A DNA stretch of 55,943 nucleotides, counting the filler, from Porpidia crustulata (taxonomy: Eukaryota), in NCBI GenBank assembly GCA_964255105.1. It is 3 parts of 3 records of this genome, joined end to end, with 100 filler letters (N's around TTAATTAATTAA, not from the genome) between each part and the next. Parts side by side here need not be neighbours in the genome. Positions count along the whole stretch, not along the records: positions 18,685 to 37,265 come from CAXUWE010000173.1; positions 37,366 to 55,943 come from CAXUWE010000174.1; 1 more part is not named here. One strand, given 5' to 3'. Under the pieces are notes generated by a model that ran no database searches, was not told where the DNA came from, and worked only from the letters and a program-made list of their open reading frames with translations. Position 1 is the first letter of the stretch; each line of letters begins with the position of its first letter. Positions 25,788 through 39,246 of this stretch are shown in pieces. The position numbers and the translations under genes were made by a program.

Positions 25788-27584
25788 ATGTTAAATTCTA
25801 AGAATGAAGTGGAGCTGGAGAGCTTTGGTGGGGTTAGCGATGCTGCTGCGAAGGGCAAAGAACTCGATTCAGCCATTTCAGGGCCGTCAGATCAATCTTC
25901 GCGAAATCTCACTATGGTGAAACCGACAAACCACGAGGACCCTGGCTTGCCACAGATATCCCGCTCTCGGGCTTCTGTTATCATCTTCCTTCTCACGGGC
26001 GTGAGTTTCCTCAATACTATGGGCTCTGGAATTTTGACCGTTGCGCTCCCAACTATCGCGCGAGACATTGGTTTAAGCGAGAATTTGTTGCTATGGCCGG
26101 CCTCTGTCTATGCTCTCGCCGCGGGATGCACTCTGCTCATCTTCGGCTCTGTGGCGGACGTTGTGGGCAGCAAAAGAGTATGGTTGGCTGGGGCGGGTTT
26201 TTACATCGCATTTACTCTGGCCTGTGGGCTTGCCAGGACGGGTCTGCAACTCGTCATATTTCGAACAATGCTTGGGATAGCTATTTCCATGTGCTTGCCT
26301 AGCGCTGTTAGTATCACCACAAACTCCTTCCCTAGAGGAAAACGACGGAACATTGGATTTGCGTGTATGGGCATGGGACAGCCCCTAGGTTACTCAATAG
26401 GCCTGATACTGGGAGGCGTCTTTACGAACACCATCGGCTGGCGGTGGGGTTACTATCTAAGTGCCATCATAAATGCAGTACTTTTCGCTGGAGCGATATG
26501 GGGTCTACCATCCGAAGTCCGTAAAGAAGCTGTTTCTTGGGGACGCCTATGGCATGAAATCGATTGGATCGGAGCCATCATCATAAGCATCTCACTCGGA
26601 TTTTTATCATATGTTCTGGCGTAAGTTTTCTAAAGTCCAACCTTCTGACAAGTCACTCTAAAATATATAGCATGGTTACTGCGAGCTACTCTCGTCTTGG
26701 AGACGCTCCAAACATCGCCCTTTTAGTAATGGCAATTGTTCTCATGCCAGCATTTGTTCTCTGGGTGGCCCGACAAGAACGCTTGGGAAAGCCAGCAATC
26801 ATCCCCAACAGTCTGTGGAAGAACGTTCCATTTACTGCAACTTGTGTTGCAGTCTTCTTCACTTGGGCAGTCTTCAATTCCTTCCAATATTTTGCCACGC
26901 TCTAGTAAGTTTTCATGGAACTCTTGGTAATTCACCAGCTTATCAGCTCTATCTAGTTTTCAGCGCGTCCAGGGCCTGTCAGCCATCCAGACATCTATCC
27001 GCTTTCTGCCTATGGTAGTGGTAGGAGCTGGGACGAATATCGTCACGGGATTCCTTGTCGACAAAGTCCAAGTTCGAACGCTAGTAGTTATCTCAGCGGC
27101 CATTACGCTTTTGCCGCCTATTCTGATGGCAGTCATCCAACCACGATGGATCTACTGGTCAGCTGCATTTGTAGCAATGTTACTTTCACCCCTTCATCCT
27201 GATGGTCAGTACGCTCACTTTATAGATAGCCGTGTCCCCGGGTTCTCTTACTCAGTCTCGCTAACACCAGCCTCAGTCTTGTTCACCGTCTCAAATCTGA
27301 TCATATCAAACGCATACCCTGGAAAGAACCAAGGTCTCGCAGGAGGAGTTTTCAATGTCATGTCCCAGATTGGAAATTCTGTTGGGCTCGCAGTGACAGC
27401 GGCAATCGCGGCGTCCGTTACAATTCACGGGACGCCTAAAGATCTAAATCCAAATGGCCCCGAGGCATTGTTGAAAGGATATCATGCAGCGTTCTGGACC
27501 ATGCTCGCCAGTATGGTGTTTGTATGCTGCATAGCCTTTTGGGGTCTGCGGAAAGGGGGAAAAGTGGGCAGGAAGATCGAATGA
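25788..27584 (+). CDS. Major facilitator superfamily drug:H+ antiporter (DHA2, 14-TMS type)
   Basis: Introns 26621-26670, 26905-26956 and 27205-27276 join in frame. Motif A-like GSVADVVGSKRV, GGVFTNTIGWRWGYY, QGLAGGVFNVMSQIGNSVGLA. Confidence 0.92.
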
Positions 27585-28496
27585 TGCTGAGGGAAAAGAA
27601 GATGATGATGATAACAATGTATGACAATGTGTTTATGATTGGATGATTCCAGCGATTAGATACCCTTAGATCAGCTTCTTCTACAACTAGCAGCTAAAAG
27701 AGATGCAGCTGCGGCGAGCAGTCCAGCGTACAAGTGTTCCAGCTCGAAGTGCTGAACCAGCAGCCCGGCTCGCCAACCCGAATCTTCAGGCAACAATGAC
27801 TCAACGGGAGCTTCACTCGATGGGGCAGTAAGGCGCCGTCCGGGTGCAGGCCGCTATCCGAGACGCATCGTTGATGTTTCAGAACAGGCATACAGAACAC
27901 AATTGAATGATTACTATCTTTGACGCGAAAGAGTCTCGACAAGAGCATGTTCTGCCGCGGATGAAGCCTCTAGTCCAGACATGTCGATCAACTGCACCTC
28001 CGTACACTCGGGAGGACTTATGCCAGCCACCTGAATCGAAGGAAAATGCCTCAATCACACCCAACAGGATCCAAAACAGCATCAAATGCAGCGCTAGTGC
28101 CAAGTCAGAGGCCATTAGGTGCCGCGCTGCGTCCACATTGGTGGTGATGTTACTTTGTTTTCGATCTCTGGAATTGGACCAATTCATCTCAGATCGATGG
28201 ATAACTCGCAGGTCTGGCGGTCAGGTGAAGCCTCTCGAAGCCTTAGATGCACTGACATCAATTGGGATATTTGCAACAATACGGTTTGTTTTGAAATCTA
28301 AGTCTTCCTACCACAAACGATGACGTCGCTGAGTTACCAATAGTCTACAACAGAGCGATGCGAGCTCGTACGACTCATATCAAGACTCCAAGTCTTCTAC
28401 AACCGATGCGTTGGATTTGGCCGGAAATCAACATCGACGATCAATTTCCGTTGTCTTCCTTGTGCGATGTCGTACAACTTCTACACTGTAGACTTC

Positions 28497-31400
28497 TCAA
28501 GTGTATTTCCTTGCAATTTCTTCCGCGCGATTAAGACGTGCAAGGGTTTCTTCTCTTTCTGCCCGTAGTCGCGTCGTGGAGTCATCTTCAGCCCCCAGCT
28601 TCTCCACTGTTTGATCATCCAAGCCTCCCACGTATAGTGGAGAGAACACAAGAAGTGGTCCTTCGGGATCATCGAGGTAGCGCTCCACTATCAGCCGAGT
28701 GACGTACTCGATGAAGTCATTGAGGGCGATCTCGTAGTAAGATTTCAAGGTGTCGTGGATCTCGTCTTCGAGGTTTTGAGAGTTGCTCATGTGCAGCTCA
28801 GCAAAGAGGGCTGCTGTATCTCGCATATCGATGATCAATTCCGATGTAGGGTTAGCGAACAATGGTGCGGGTGGCGATTTTCTCGAGGATCTGTATCGCT
28901 CCAACGCCTCCTGGAAACGAAATAGTCGGGCCTCGCTGATCTTTTTCTCGAATGCCTGGTTGTTGGTTTGCAGATGTTTGGTGAGAATTTCATCCAGCCG
29001 CTCGGTAAGTTGGCCGACCCTGCGGCTGGTCGCTTGCTTGTTGGCTTGATGAATGAGAGCCATTATCCGTGTGCTCGTATATTTGTCGCCGCACGTCGTT
29101 TCCACTAACTTCTCTGCCACACTGACAGTCATCTTCTGTACTTTGTCGAAATGTCCTTCGGACTTAGCGCGCCATCTGCCGGCTTGCTTGTGGAAAAGGA
29201 CGGGCAGGACATCAGGATTGAGGGTTCCTTGAAGTTCGGTCCCTCTACTAGCTTTGACCTCGTCTCTGATCCACTGGTATATTTGACTGTCTGCGCGGTG
29301 GATCAAGGTTCTTCCCGGAGTCTTGGGATTTGGCGTTGGCTTGTTCAAGCCGGATCCGAAGAGGCTGGGTTTCCCAACAGCTGGTCGAGAGTCCTCGTGT
29401 GACCCNNNNNNNNNNNNNNNNNNNNNNNNNNNNNNNNNNNNNNNNNNNNNNNNNNNNNNNNNNNNNNNNNNNNNNNNNNNNNNNNNNNNNNNNNNNNNNN
29501 NNNNNGTGCCGGATCCGAAGAGATCGGATTTTCCACCAGCTGGTCGAGAGTCCTCGTGTGACCCGGAAGATCTGAAGGCTGCAGATGTGCCGAATGCTGA
29601 TTTTCCGGGTCCGCCCTCGAGAACGGCCGCTGAAAAAGGATTTCCGAAAGCACTGGGGGCGCTATCTTTAGGGGTTATCGATGGTCCCCCGAAGAGACCA
29701 CCTGAAAGCATCGTGGAAGCGCTACCGTTTGCGGCACCCGGTGTCGCTGAAGTTGATTGTGCCTGAAGATAATCGTTTAGCCGAATCTCCTCAAAAGATC
29801 TACTCCGATAGGCTTCCATGGACGGAATACTTTGGAACACTATTGTCGTGGGAGGTTCTTCGATTTCCGAATATGGTATGAATGGAGGGGTGCTGAACCG
29901 ATAATTCTGGAGACCTACTTTCAAAGACCCAAACCCACCAAGAATCCCGCTGTCATTACTAGCTTGCGCAGGTCGGGACTCTGTGGATGTTGTGAAAGGT
30001 GACCATCTCGAAACATGGCTCAAATCGTTTGGGGTGTCCTTACTTGTTGGAATGTCCACAAATGGAGTTGAGTGACCGTCGGTTTCCATATCTAGCGCGA
30101 AATCGTCGTTGAGCTCTCGAATCTTCGTCCGGAGCCTCAATGCCAACGCCGAAATGGCATGGTATCGACCATTGACAGCTTGGTCAGCAAAGGAATGGAA
30201 ATTGTACGCAATATTTGCCAGGTATGTCCTTTTCTGTCCCACCGTTTTCCGCGGCATACCCATGGACTTCAACAATGTTTGGACCGAAGTTTGGCGAGCC
30301 TTGATGGTCGAAAGAATTGTGGGGAAATTGGCTTCGATACGGTTACACAAAAGAGCTGCTAAGTATTTTTTAAGTGGTTGGGTGCCGCGACGAGTTTCTG
30401 GTAGCATAAGCCAAGGTTGGGTGTCAAAGAAGCTTGTCTCTCTCATATGGCGTTCAAGAGGCTTCAGTCCTTCTACAGCTTCAGATGGCGTACGGTTCCG
30501 TACAACAAACCACCCGTGATCAAAGTGCTTCTCCCTATTCTGTGCTAGCTCCAACACCTACTCGATGTCAGTCACTCTGGCCTGCTGAAAATGCTTTCAA
30601 GAATTACCTGATTCTTATCCTGAGCAATGTCGCACTTAGTGATCACTCCTACCGTGCGCGAACCCTTAGGATCATGATAGGACGCCATATCGAACACAGA
30701 CTGAGTTGCTAGGTCATTGGTAGCGCTCGCAACGCATCTAACCAGGTGAGAATCCGGCGTGTCGCCAGCAAATCGCGATCTACTCACATGATGATACTCT
30801 GCGGCCTTGCCATATATGATGTCACCATCTTCTTGACGCCCAACTTCTCTTCTGCTTTCAACCCCATTGTCAATGATTGAAATACCCCCGGTACATCAAC
30901 AATGCTAAAGTACGACCGCGATGGTCCTGATATTTCGATTTTCAATACATCGTCGGAAAAGTGTTTCGGTTCGACTCCTGAGGGAGTTTTGTGTTGCTCT
31001 CCAAGTGATACCGACGCAGTTGTGATTCCCATCAAATCTGTTGCCTGGATATTTCTTCGTCAACTTTGATCAAACAGGGTCCTACGCAATGACATACTTC
31101 CTGCACTATAGCCATAAAAGCTTCAGCTGTGATGTGGGGACTTTCACGAGTGAAAGAAGCATAGTTTTGAGCGCGAACCAGGTGGTCCACCGGTTGATCT
31201 CCACCGAACGACGAACGATGCACGGCTTCGATTGATATTCTCGTGTTCTCAGGTTTGTCTGGCGTTCGACGAGATAAAATTAAGGTTGGGAACCGAGTAC
31301 AGAGTCTTCCTGAGACGGGAAAAGGAATATCCGTCAAGCTTTGAAGGAGGGACGACTTTCCGACCGATTGATCGCCGACGATGACGAGCTAATTGCGTCA

Positions 31401-31590
31401 GTGCTGTTGATTACGATGTCGTGGGATCGATGAGACACATAGTTACCTCTGGAAGATCAACTTCGTGGTTTGCGCCACATGTTCGAAGCTCGTCAATGGC
31501 TTCGAAGAGCTTCTGGCTCTGCTCACTCTTGAAAGGATCCTCACTGAGGAGAGGATCGACCTCGTTCTCAGCAGAACTATTGCTGGTCAT
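28497..31590 (-). CDS. Mx-like dynamin-family GTPase with a GLEBS/FG-repeat insertion in the stalk
   Basis: Introns 31446-31389, 31097-31045, 30787-30738 and 30607-30558 give DLPE|LVIVGDQSVGKSS (G1), LCTRFP (G2), IVDVPG (G3), GVITKCD (G4), HGWFVVRNR, stalk SRGTELQGTLN and a GED-like end (LKSYYEIALNDFIEYV...AEDDSTTRLRAE). Contains a 100-N gap at 29406-29505. Confidence 0.9.
29347..29565 (-). repeat. Coding tandem repeat (~54-57 bp, GSHEDSRPAxGKxxLFGS) on both sides of a gap
   Basis: CAGCTGGTCGAGAGTCCTCGTGTGACCC and CCGGATCCGAAGAG occur on both sides of the gap with some diverged positions. Copy number unresolved. Confidence 0.8.
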
Positions 31591-32635
31591 TGTGAACAAT
31601 GAGGTATATTCAGCAGTGAGGGAAGACACTGATTTAGCTCTGTAAAAGTTCGACTCATGTATTTATCAGAGCTAGACTCCGATTTTTTTTTAGAACAACA
31701 GATAGTGCGTGACAGGGAGGAATAGGGGGGTGGTTAGTCAGGACCCGCCCCCTGCTCCCGAAAACGTTCAACACAAAAGTTATAGATCAGGGGCCTTATC
31801 GTACTATTTTAGAAAGCACGACCAAACTGTGGGGTCCATAATCCTAGGATTGGGAGGCGCGCACAACGGGGGCGTCCCGCGGATCAAATGGGATCCTCAG
31901 CCAGCCAATCATGATGCCGCGTTATGCGCTACTTGGCTGGCGATGTGATTTCAAGCACAAAAATGTTCACATTCTCCTGTGCAGACACATCATGAGCGCG
32001 AAATCTTCCGCGAGCAGGCAAAGCAGAGGCAAACTTCTCGGGGTTGTACGTTAAAAGTGACGATGAATGCATGTAGATAAGTCTGCGCTAGGAGTTCAAA
32101 GCTGCTGTCGTCGCCTCGAAGCAAGACTCAAGGTGATCATGTATGTATGGGCATAGATTTGGATTTCGCGCTCGAAGCAACAGCCCGTTTACGTTATTGC
32201 TGTGCTCGAAAGATCAATCGTACCGCAAGCTCGGGTATCTTTCTTTCGGCCATGTAACCAAGTTCCCTGGACCAATTTAAGCCACATCGTTCATGGCCGT
32301 CTTGCATGGTAAGAGGTTGGCACGGGCGTTCGAGACGGCATATTTCTGTTTATCGTTAGTCTATTTACAGTATGTAAATTCAATCGATCTTTGGGGGCTG
32401 GTCTCATGGCTTGAGCACTACCCTGCAACCCAATATTGTTGTGGCGTTTGATAGTCCAGTACAAAGCGTCTATATAATCAATCTCTTTTTATTCCCGTGT
32501 TGCCGTTGGCATATCAGGCATGGAATTGATGGCATTTAGGAGGTGCTATCTTGGGGGTGAAAAGGAAGGTCTGAGAACTCTGCTAGCGCCCAAATCATGT
32601 GAGGCGGAGATCTCCAAGCCCCCTAATTCCAACAG

Positions 32636-33890
32636 TTGCAAGCTGACAGCCTTGTGATCCTCAAGCAGTTGAACTGCATTTCTATATGCTATAATCACGG
32701 AAATCGCAGATCTAACACAAGAAATTACACGTATGTGATGAAAGACGGACAGTCGTTCACTTTGAATCAATCTTCTGAAACCGTCATGACTGATATCAAA
32801 ATAACTTTTTACCAATCGCGATGCCTAGCAGACGCACGGATATTGGTTTCAAAAATATCGATAGACTTGTCAGGAATGTTAGGAGCACACTTAATCGATA
32901 CTGTGAGATTGAACCTACGGTGGCGACTGATCTCCATATCTAGGCACAAGTCACGTGGGTACCTGCCTCAATGGTTCCCATGGTACGAACGTTACATTCA
33001 GGTTTCTGAGTTTCATGCTGAACGGCTTCCATTTCATGATGTTCTAGGATTTGCTGCTTTCCATGGGTGTGGCAAATATGTTTTACGTCATACGACCTCT
33101 CACGGTTGTACTCGTGAAGAATTGGATTACCTGCTTGCATGCACAGCGATGAGAACAGATCCATATCCTGGTGTCATGGACTCTTTCACTTTTATCGGTG
33201 AATTATTGGGCCAAGGAGCTGATCCAAACTTATCTATTGATTTCTTATCCCATAGGCTTTCCATTCATAGCTATCATATTTCATCATGAACATTGTTTAT
33301 TGAATGATTACCGTTATTCCTTACTAGCTTTTTGGTCTTACCAGGATCTTTCCCGATTCTTCCGCGCTGGAAGTCATTAATGGACTTATTCATATCGCAC
33401 GGTGCAAATCTTGATACCGGTATTATTTCGCATGCGATTCCATTTTCTGGAGGTCCTTCCGAACATACGATATACACACAGTAGAAGCATCATCGCTCTC
33501 ATATGTTGAGAGCTTTCCCCCCCTAGAAAGTACCCGAAGTGTGGAGACTCTCGACGACTCGCTGGGATCTTGTGTAACATTACTGCGATCATATGGTGCG
33601 CTGCAGCGAAGACGCATTCATACCATGAATAAAGATTTCGAGCAGAGTCGTAGCTGATATCAATTGTCATAGGAACAGTCAAATCGCCTGTGTGAGGTAT
33701 GGCCATGGGATTATACTCGCAGTGAAGAACTCATTACGAATCGGAATTTTTCGGAAAGTGTGTTCAAATCCATCAGGGCTACCCTCACGAAAGCCGATCT
33801 CATCGACCCTTCGAATACTTTACTGAGGATTCCCTTACTCCGAAACGAATCAGATTTGGTAGAAAAAACCGGTGACATGGACATCTGACC
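32636..33890 (+). pseudogene. Ankyrin-like C-terminal relic, possibly of a NACHT/NLR-type gene
   Basis: DVLGFAAFHGCGKYV, ELLGQGADPN, DLFISHGANLD and LLRSYGA are ankyrin-like. In-frame TGA at 33287 and 33305 (ISS*TLFIE*L) and an apparent frameshift near 33470. No P-loop visible upstream. Confidence 0.5.
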
Positions 33891-33906
33891 TCGCACCTTT
33901 TTTCAC

Positions 33907-33947
33907 ATAATCGTGGGCACTTACCTCCGGTAGGTGCCCACGATTAT
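33907..33947. repeat. 41-bp near-perfect palindrome/hairpin
   Basis: ATAATCGTGGGCACTTACC-TCC-GGTAGGTGCCCACGATTAT: 19-bp arms with 18 Watson-Crick pairs plus one T:G, 3-nt loop. Confidence 0.9.
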
Positions 33948-34813
33948 CCGTTACTCCTGACTGCACGAGTCCTTCGCCAACGTTCATCAGTCGAGCCCGA
34001 TTGACCAAGAAGAACGCCAGACAAAAGGTCTACATACATTTCGAAGCAGCTTGGCTGAGATTCAGTGTTGCTGGTTGATAGTATAATTGAGAAAGCGAGG
34101 GTTTCCTACTACTTTCGACATCAAACTCTACTCCTCACGTCTACGACACAGACATGGAGCGGCCAGGTTTCTGGTTACAAAGTTGCGACTGAACGATACT
34201 CTCCCTTCTTTGTTCGGGATATCGAGGCTCTATGGAACTGTTTGTGGATTGTTGTTCTACACCGACATGCAGCAACCAACTTTCCCATTCGGTTAATCCG
34301 TTACCAGCAATTTTGGTTTTCTTCATACGGCCTTGAAGTTTCGCCGGGCTGCTTATGGGTCTATTTGGGTCTTCGTCGTATAGAGGAGTGCTTGGTTTTG
34401 AACGCGTCTTTATCTGTCCAGGAGGATCAAGAGCGAAGTATGGCAACCGAAAATTTGGGGAAGTTACAGAGATAATGGCACATACAAGGGTCACAATACG
34501 TTTTGTCGCGAGACTGGCGCTAGGCCATTTTTGGAATATCAACGCATGATGACTATGAACAGAGTCTTAAGATGCAGTAATCTTTTAAACGAAGAAGGTC
34601 TAGGCCCCATTCATACATCTTCAATCTTTGTCTAAGGGTCTAGCCCGATTCTTTAATCCTGAGGGATTGTAACGGTATCGAGACTACAAGCGGGGTCATC
34701 CTAAACCATTATAATAGCACAGAGAATACCAAGGTCGGCCTCATCAGTCTGAAACAACAAGTCTTAACTTCATCTACTCCAAAAGATGTAAAGCCAATAG
34801 TTTCGACTAAAAG

Positions 34814-37079
<2,266 letters not shown>

Positions 37080-37220
37080 AACTTGGGAGAGGTTCTGTGA
37101 GCTAGAACTATCAAAATTGCCATCTATAGCAGATAGGTTTTTTGAAACAGTAAACAAGTGCCCTTTTGTCACAGAGTCAGCTGTCCGTACAAATCAACTA
37201 TCGGGCTAGACCTAACACTA

Positions 37221-37265
37221 CTCGTTTCCACCCCTTAACGGAACACACCCCTCAACGGAACAACT
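37221..37265. mobile_element. Probable terminal inverted repeat of a pogo/Fot1-like (Tc1/mariner) DNA transposon at a contig end
   Basis: 45 bp following a TA (37219-37220), containing two 17-bp direct repeats CACCCCTTAACGGAACA / CACCCCTCAACGGAACA, then the gap. The partner TIR is not visible. Confidence 0.4.
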
Positions 37266-37365
37266 NNNNNNNNNNNNNNNNNNNNNNNNNNNNNNNNNNN
37301 NNNNNNNNNTTAATTAATTAANNNNNNNNNNNNNNNNNNNNNNNNNNNNNNNNNNNNNNNNNNNN
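37266..37365. other. Scaffolding gap with artificial six-frame-stop linker
   Basis: 44 N + TTAATTAATTAA (37310-37321) + 44 N. Confidence 0.95.
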
Positions 37366-37773
37366 GCGGTCTGTCGGCTTGATTATCTTCAAGAAGTCAA
37401 GATCACTCAGCATAATACTCGACGCTTGGTTTAAATGGGGTTTTCAATGTCTGGAGTGAAAAATCCCCCATAAAATATGAATTGTAAGCTATTTACAAAT
37501 TTGCTATCGTCTGCTACTGTCCGAATCTAATGCTCAACTAGCGTATCGTACATACTAGTACTACCTATCGAAAAAGAAAAAGTACAAGAAAAAGATAAAG
37601 ACCCTGGAACGACAAAAGTATAGACGATGAAAACTAATCCCTGGCATGCTTCGTATCCAACAACCAACGTTTCCTTACTCTTCCCCAATGCCATCCGTGG
37701 CTATCCAAGAACGCCCGTCATGCACAAACCCTCCCCCATATGATACTGATTGCGAGTTCTATACGCGCCCTCG

Positions 37774-39246
37774 TCATTCCTTTCCCCTCAACCAGACCAG
37801 CTCTAATACACTGTCGAGATCCGCACCTACCCCTGAGTGCAGATACGTCTGCCTCACTCCTCCATCGATGACTACCGAGTCCATCAACCTATATTGTACC
37901 TTATCTTCCTCCAGGACCATCTTCCGTCTCGTTGGCCCAAGGGAGTGCGCTGTTCCCGCATTGACGGAGCCTTCCACAATAGAGGGTGTGTCCCAGGTCT
38001 CCTCGATTTTGTTGAGGTTCATTCCACCTAGATCGCCTTTGGGATACATCGAAATTGAGAAGCCATTGCTAAGAAGCGTGTCTTTGCCGAACTGCCAGCG
38101 TTGCAAAAAGCAGTCCCCGCACACATCCGCGACAAGATGCATTACGGGTAAGTCGTACCCTTTTCCATCTGGACCTCCGCTTTTCCAGTGGTGTAAAGAG
38201 AGAGGCATATGACCACTCTCGTAGATCCCTGATAAATCATTGTGGACATCGATCTGATGCAACTCCGGCACGTTTGTTAGTTTGGTGTTGGTGTTGTATA
38301 TGATACACTCCATTATTCTTATATCTCCTGCGCTGCTGTGTGAGTCTGATTTGCAGTGATCGTAGTTTTCGTGTATTGATTCCGCCATTGCGACGGAGAG
38401 GAATATCCCAGCGCCGCCGAAACCCATCATTCCATAGCGCACCACAGACCACCAATCCTCTGATAAAGCACCAATGTAGAATTGTTCGCTGGCATCATAC
38501 TCCGCAAGCATGGATAGGACAGATGGCACTGAAGGGAAAAAAGTGTCGTCGTCCATCAGAGCCACCCATTCAGTGTCAGGGCTGCGGTAGGCGTACATGA
38601 CTTCGACAAGAGAAAAGTATCGTTCGGCGAATATGTCTTCTTTGCGCAAGGGTTCAACCAGTGTCACATCGAGTCCAAGTCCACGCATCTTCTGTTGCAA
38701 TTCTGTGACTTGATTGGTATCCGCGGCCACCCACGGGGTTTCTTCATTGACTTCCCCTGCTTCTATGACGACGACGAATAGCTTTATATTGGTGTTTGGC
38801 AGCCATCGCATGAGTTGAGGTATGGTACCATCTAGACGCTTGAGAGTCGTTGAAATGCCGAAAATCACGTGGGAAGCATCCATGGGTGATTTGGGGGGCG
38901 AGGGTACATCCAGGACGAGAGGATCTTTGCAATGTTGCATGTCCACCTTCGAGTCATCGCTCAGATCTATCGTTTGGAATTCGGGAAATAGTTCATGCTC
39001 TATCTTGGTGACTGGGTCGCGCTTGGCTTTGGAAGTAGGACGAGTGATAATATCACGATGGGCGTATCTGATGGGATATGTGAGATTGAGGCGGTCGAGC
39101 CAGTCGAGTCGGTCCGGACATTGTTCGATGGAATGGCCACCGAGCGCAGAGGTCCAATTGCTGCTGTACAGTTGTACGATGAGTATAAGGGAGATGAGGG
39201 AGAGAAGGCAAACAAAAGCAGTGGTGCCGCTACGCAGCAGCATCAT
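37774..39246 (-). CDS. Fringe-like glycosyltransferase (GT31/DUF604-like), type II membrane protein
   Basis: Intronless ORF with an N-terminal anchor, IFGISTTLKRL, ERYFSLV, WVALMDDDTFF (DxD), YIGALSED, MGFGGAGIFLS, LHQID and PLSLHHWKS. First ATG at 39246. Confidence 0.88.
   Translation of the reverse strand: MMLLRSGTTAFVCLLSLISLILIVQLYSSNWTSALGGHSIEQCPDRLDWLDRLNLTYPIRYAHRDIITRPTSKAKRDPVTKIEHELFPEFQTIDLSDDSKVDMQHCKDPLVLDVPSPPKSPMDASHVIFGISTTLKRLDGTIPQLMRWLPNTNIKLFVVVIEAGEVNEETPWVAADTNQVTELQQKMRGLGLDVTLVEPLRKEDIFAERYFSLVEVMYAYRSPDTEWVALMDDDTFFPSVPSVLSMLAEYDASEQFYIGALSEDWWSVVRYGMMGFGGAGIFLSVAMAESIHENYDHCKSDSHSSAGDIRIMECIIYNTNTKLTNVPELHQIDVHNDLSGIYESGHMPLSLHHWKSGGPDGKGYDLPVMHLVADVCGDCFLQRWQFGKDTLLSNGFSISMYPKGDLGGMNLNKIEETWDTPSIVEGSVNAGTAHSLGPTRRKMVLEEDKVQYRLMDSVVIDGGVRQTYLHSGVGADLDSVLELVWLRGKE

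Noticed and set aside
27694..28323. Short ORFs between the MFS and dynamin genes as a partner gene
   Set aside because: Overlapping short ORFs on both strands with no motif; consistent with convergent 3' regions.
29347..29565. CRISPR-like repeat array
   Set aside because: Fungal coding repeat with no unique spacers and no cas genes.
29290..30060. The FG/GLEBS segment as the genuine Nup98/Nup116 gene misassembled here
   Set aside because: It is in frame and gap-free with the dynamin exon upstream, has few FG motifs and lacks the autoproteolytic domain.
34065..34549. ORFs upstream of the GMC gene
   Set aside because: Fragmentary and unassignable; possibly a relic but too weak to call.
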